Origin: Vicugna vicugna
Taxonomy: Eukaryota
Assembly: GCA_013265495.1 (NCBI GenBank)
Contig: MU062844.1
Span: forward strand, 785,170 to 849,169
Reading direction: 5' to 3'
Length of the DNA: 64,000 nucleotides
The translations under genes were made by a program, and so were the position numbers. How positions within the stretch are numbered: the first letter of the stretch is position 1; each line of letters starts with the position of its first letter. The notes under the pieces were generated by a model. That model had not been told where the DNA came from, searched no databases, and saw nothing but the letters and a program-made list of their open reading frames with translations. Shown in pieces: positions 60,406 to 64,000 of the stretch.

Positions 60406-60924
60406 GGAACTGGGTGTTGTCAGTCTGCAGCTGGTTTTCATCAAGGCGGCTGTGGAGAAGCAGGAGGGAAAAGGAGCTGAGAAAGACGCAGAGGCAGATT
60501 GAGGAAACTCGGGAACAAGACCTTGTAATTCTTGAGCATTCCTGACAACTAGAGAGAGATGGAAAGTTCTTGTAGGCAAAGCCCAAGGAGACAGAAAAAA
60601 CATTTATAGACTGTTGCCTCTAAAGACTCAAAAGGGCTGTTTCATCACACGCTGACATCAATCAGGGTTGGTCTGGGAGAGGGATTCTGAAGCTGGGGGC
60701 AGTGACAGTGACACTAAAGCACTATCCTCGATTGACTCCTTGAAGGTCCTCCTCCCTCCTCCCCTCTCGCCCTGAGTCTGGGGTCTGACAAAGCACAGAG
60801 GGCCGACCTTTTCTTCCCCACCCCCAGAACCAGCACAGCACTAACAAATTCCTAAGCTGTTATGTTTGAGGATAAAAAAACGTAGGCTAGAGGAGGGAAA
60901 TGGATCGTAAACAATAATCTAGGC

Positions 60925-61945
60925 CTGCTTCATCAGAATTAAAGATCTTCTGCATCAAAGAACACTTCCAGGAAGTGGAAAGACAACCCAGAGGATGGAA
61001 GAACACATTTGAAAATCGCATTTGATAAGGGTCTCCTATCCAGAAGGTATAAAGGACTCTTACAACTCAACAATGAAAGGACCCAATTAAATAATAGGCA
61101 AAGGACTTCAATAGACATTTCTCAAAAGATGACATACAAATAGCCAAGGAACACATGAAAGGATGCCCAATGTCACTGGGAAATGCAAATCAAAGTCACA
61201 ATGAGATAACCACTTCACATGCACTATAATGGGTAAAATTAAAAGAATGGGAAATAACAAACATTGATGAGGATGTGGAGAAAAAGGAACCCTGTGCACT
61301 GTTGGTGGGAATGTAAAATGGTGCAGCCGGTGTGGAAGACAGTCTGTCAGCTCCTCGAAAAGCTAAATGTAGAATTACTATAGGACCCAGCAATCCGTCT
61401 CCTAAGTGTATACCCGAGGGCACTGAAAACACGTGTCAACACAAAAACTTGTGCATGAAGAAGGCAGCAGCCCTACCCACAGCAGCCAAAAGGTGGAAAC
61501 AACCCAAATGCCCATCAGGTCGTGAACGGATAAACAAGATGGGTTATATCCATACAATGGAGTATTATTAGGCCATAAAGAGGAATGAAGTACTGACACA
61601 TGCCACATGGTGGATGAACCTTGAAAACATGCTGTGTGAAAGAAGCCAGACCCAAGAGTCCACATACTGTATGATTCTGTCCATATGAAATTTCCAGAAT
61701 AGGAAAATCCAAGAGACAGAAAGATTAGCGATCTCCAGGGGCTGGGGCAGAGGGGCGGAGAAAGAGATGGGGAGGGAATGCTAACAGGTACAAAGTTCCT
61801 TTGCGGGTTTTGGGAAACGTTCTGGAATTAGACAGCAGTCTGAGTTCCACAATATGGTTTTATACTAAAAACCATGGGATTGTAAACCTTAAACTGGTAT
61901 ACTTTATGTTATGGGACTTACATCTTTATTAAAGTTTTTAAGAAA
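60925..61945 (+). mobile_element. L1MB ORF2 3' part and 3' UTR, about 1 kb
   Basis: gaattaaagatcttctgcatcaaag...gggaaatgcaaatcaaagtcacaatgagata...gaggatgtggagaaa...cagccaaaaggtggaaacaaccc. Confidence 0.9.
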
Positions 61946-62147
61946 AGTTTTTTAAAAATTTTTAAATACTAGGTGTCATTTGTCAACCAATTCCTCCTCA
62001 CTGGGCTAAGTACTATACATTTATCAAATGTCATGTTTTACTCTTAAAAGACTCCTCTGAAGTAGCTCCGACTATTGTTGAGAGACAGCAGAGAGCAGTA
62101 GTTGAGAACGTGGCTCTGGAACCAGACCACCTGGGTTAAAATCTCAT

Positions 62148-62895
62148 ACAATCAGCATCTCAAAGAGATATGTGCAACCCCAATCTCAATTTCAGCATTT
62201 TTCACAACAGCCAAGGTATGGAACCAACCTAAACGTCTACCAATGGATGAAAGGACTAGAAATGGTACATTATTCAGCCTAAAGAGAAGGAAATCCTGAT
62301 AACATGAGTGAGCCTGGAAGACATTACGCTGAGTGAAATAAGCCAGCCAGAGAGGAACAAATATTGCATGCCCTCACTCACATGCAGAACCTAAAAATTG
62401 ATAATAACAAAAGCTGAACTTAAGGTGATAGAGAGTAGAATGGTGGTTACCAGAGGCTAGGGTGTGGGGGGAAAGGCAGGGTTTTTTTTTTTTAAAAGAA
62501 GAAAGAAAAACTGGTGGTTTCCAGGGGTTAGAGGGAGGGGGTCATGGGGAGTTAGTGTTTAATAGGTACAGAGTTTCAGTTTGTTAGGAAGAAAAGAGCT
62601 CTATGGATCATGATGATGATGGTTGCCCAGCAAGATGAATATACTTAATACCACTAAGTTGTACGCTTAAGAGGTTAAGATGGTAGTGGAGGGTATAGCT
62701 CAGTGGTAGAGCGTGTACTTAGCAATGCGTGAGGTCCTGGGTTCAATCCCCAGCACCTCCATAAAAAATAACTAAATGAATAAAAACCCAATTACCTCCT
62801 CCCTAAAATAAAATGATGATAATTTTTTTTAAGTTTAAGAAGAGGTTAAGATGGTAAATTTTATGTTCTGTGTATTTCAGCACAATAAAAAAAAA
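62148..62895 (+). mobile_element. L1MA-type 3' end inserted in a MIR (MIR halves about 62080-62147 and 62930-63060)
   Basis: gagtgaaataagccagccagag...gagagtagaatggtggttaccagagg...cacaataaaaa; the MIR reads through on both sides. Confidence 0.8.
62686..62839 (+). mobile_element. Camelid tRNA-Ala(AGC)-derived SINE (vic-1 type), full length
   Basis: GGGTATAGCTCAGTGGTAGAGCGTGTACTTAGCA..GAGGTCCTGGGTTCAATCCCCAGCACCTCCA plus an AT-rich tail. Perfect 17-bp TSD AAGAGGTTAAGATGGTA (62669-62685, 62840-62856). Confidence 0.92.
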
Positions 62896-64000
62896 CGGAA
62901 GACCAAAAAAAAAAAAAACAAAACAAAACCTGAGCCCTAATCTTGCTGGCTGGGGGACTTTACTGCCATTTCACCTCTCTGTGCCTCAGTTTCCTATTCC
63001 ATATGTTGGGGAAAATAATAGTGTCTCCTGCCTGGCACACAGTAAGCCCCTAGGATGTTGGTTATTGCTACGTTCACAACCGTACACAATCAGATTAGGA
63101 AACTCAGACCCAGCGAGATGACCTGTCTAAGATTCTATGCTGGACTCTGAACCAGAAAAAGTCCCTAGGCTTCTACAAAGACAGAAGATTCAAACCATTC
63201 CCCTTTTCCACTTTTGTTTCAAGGAAGTTCATTCTGAGACCCATCTGCAAAAGTAAAAAGTATACCCTTTGTACTGCCCGTGAGAGGGTGCAGAAAAATT
63301 AGAACATTGCTTGTGTTCAGATACAGAACTGGCCAGACCTTTCCCCCAGCCCGGCACTGGGGATGTCAGTAAGTGGGCTGCGGATCCCACCCCCACAGGC
63401 CTTCCTCTGAGTCACTGGTAGGAAGTCTCTCCTTGCTGCCTGGGTTTATTTACCTTCTCTGCTGTGTTAGGCACTGCTAAGCTTTGCACGTTGAGTCACA
63501 ACGGGATCCAGTGGGCTGCGGAACTGGGCCTTGACCCAAAACCCATCCACAGGAGAATGTTCAGTGCAGCAACATCTGCGGCATCCATCCCACAAAACCC
63601 CGAACCACCTCCCAAGCTCACACCCAGAGTGATGGAGGTGGGGACCTGGAAGCTACCACACGAGTCTGAGCTCATGGTCTGCTCTCAGCTCTCATGAGAC
63701 TGGACATCCGTGTAAGGCAGGGTGGAGAACAGGCATCGGTGGCCATCCTGAGAGCTAGGACCTACTTCATGGTCCTTGAATAAGAGACAAGTTTGGTTTA
63801 AGTTTGGTTTCAAACTATGTTCATGTCACAGACCATCCAGAACTCTTTGGGGTGTGGCTCTGAGAAACACAAAGAGGAAGAAGACAGAGGCTCTGTCTGG
63901 TCTCACAGAGCCGTGGGACGGAACAAACACAAAGTGTGAGTCTGGAAGAGTCAAGAGGACTGTGGGCTCCCCTCAAGCTGTAGCTTCAGCCACAGCTCTC

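Noticed and set aside
62686-62761. Possible tRNA-Ala gene (also 12645-12718)
   Set aside because: Both have mismatched stems, A-rich tails and TSDs, so they are SINE copies rather than tRNA genes.
1-64000. CRISPR arrays, rRNA, snRNA, prokaryotic operons, intact retroviral or L1 ORFs
   Set aside because: None seen. The only regular tandem array has no spacers, and all autonomous-element remnants are truncated and decayed.

Overview
Mammalian non-coding DNA, most likely a camelid (alpaca or camel). The species call rests on two tRNA-Ala-derived vic-1-type SINEs and camelid-type L1 3' ends. I recognise no protein-coding exon, RNA gene or known gene, and none of the six-frame ORFs resembles a real protein except the C-terminal tip of L1 ORF2. 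The window reads as a large intron or intergenic tract packed with ancient repeats (MIR, L2, MaLR/ERVL solo LTRs, hAT MITEs, old L1) plus a few young insertions with intact target-site duplications (TSDs). There are five N gaps. I did not find a convincing new biological system. The best leads are (i) several minus-strand candidate exons with canonical splice signals, including a 12-nt microexon-like segment, (ii) motif-dense unique islands that may be enhancers, (iii) an 18-bp minisatellite with alternating E-boxes, (iv) a probable CR1-clade 3' remnant, (v) a tail-to-tail MITE pair, and (vi) a twin-primed inverted L1. Repeat family names come from recall of consensus sequences, not from a search. 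Boundaries of old repeats are approximate (tens of bp).
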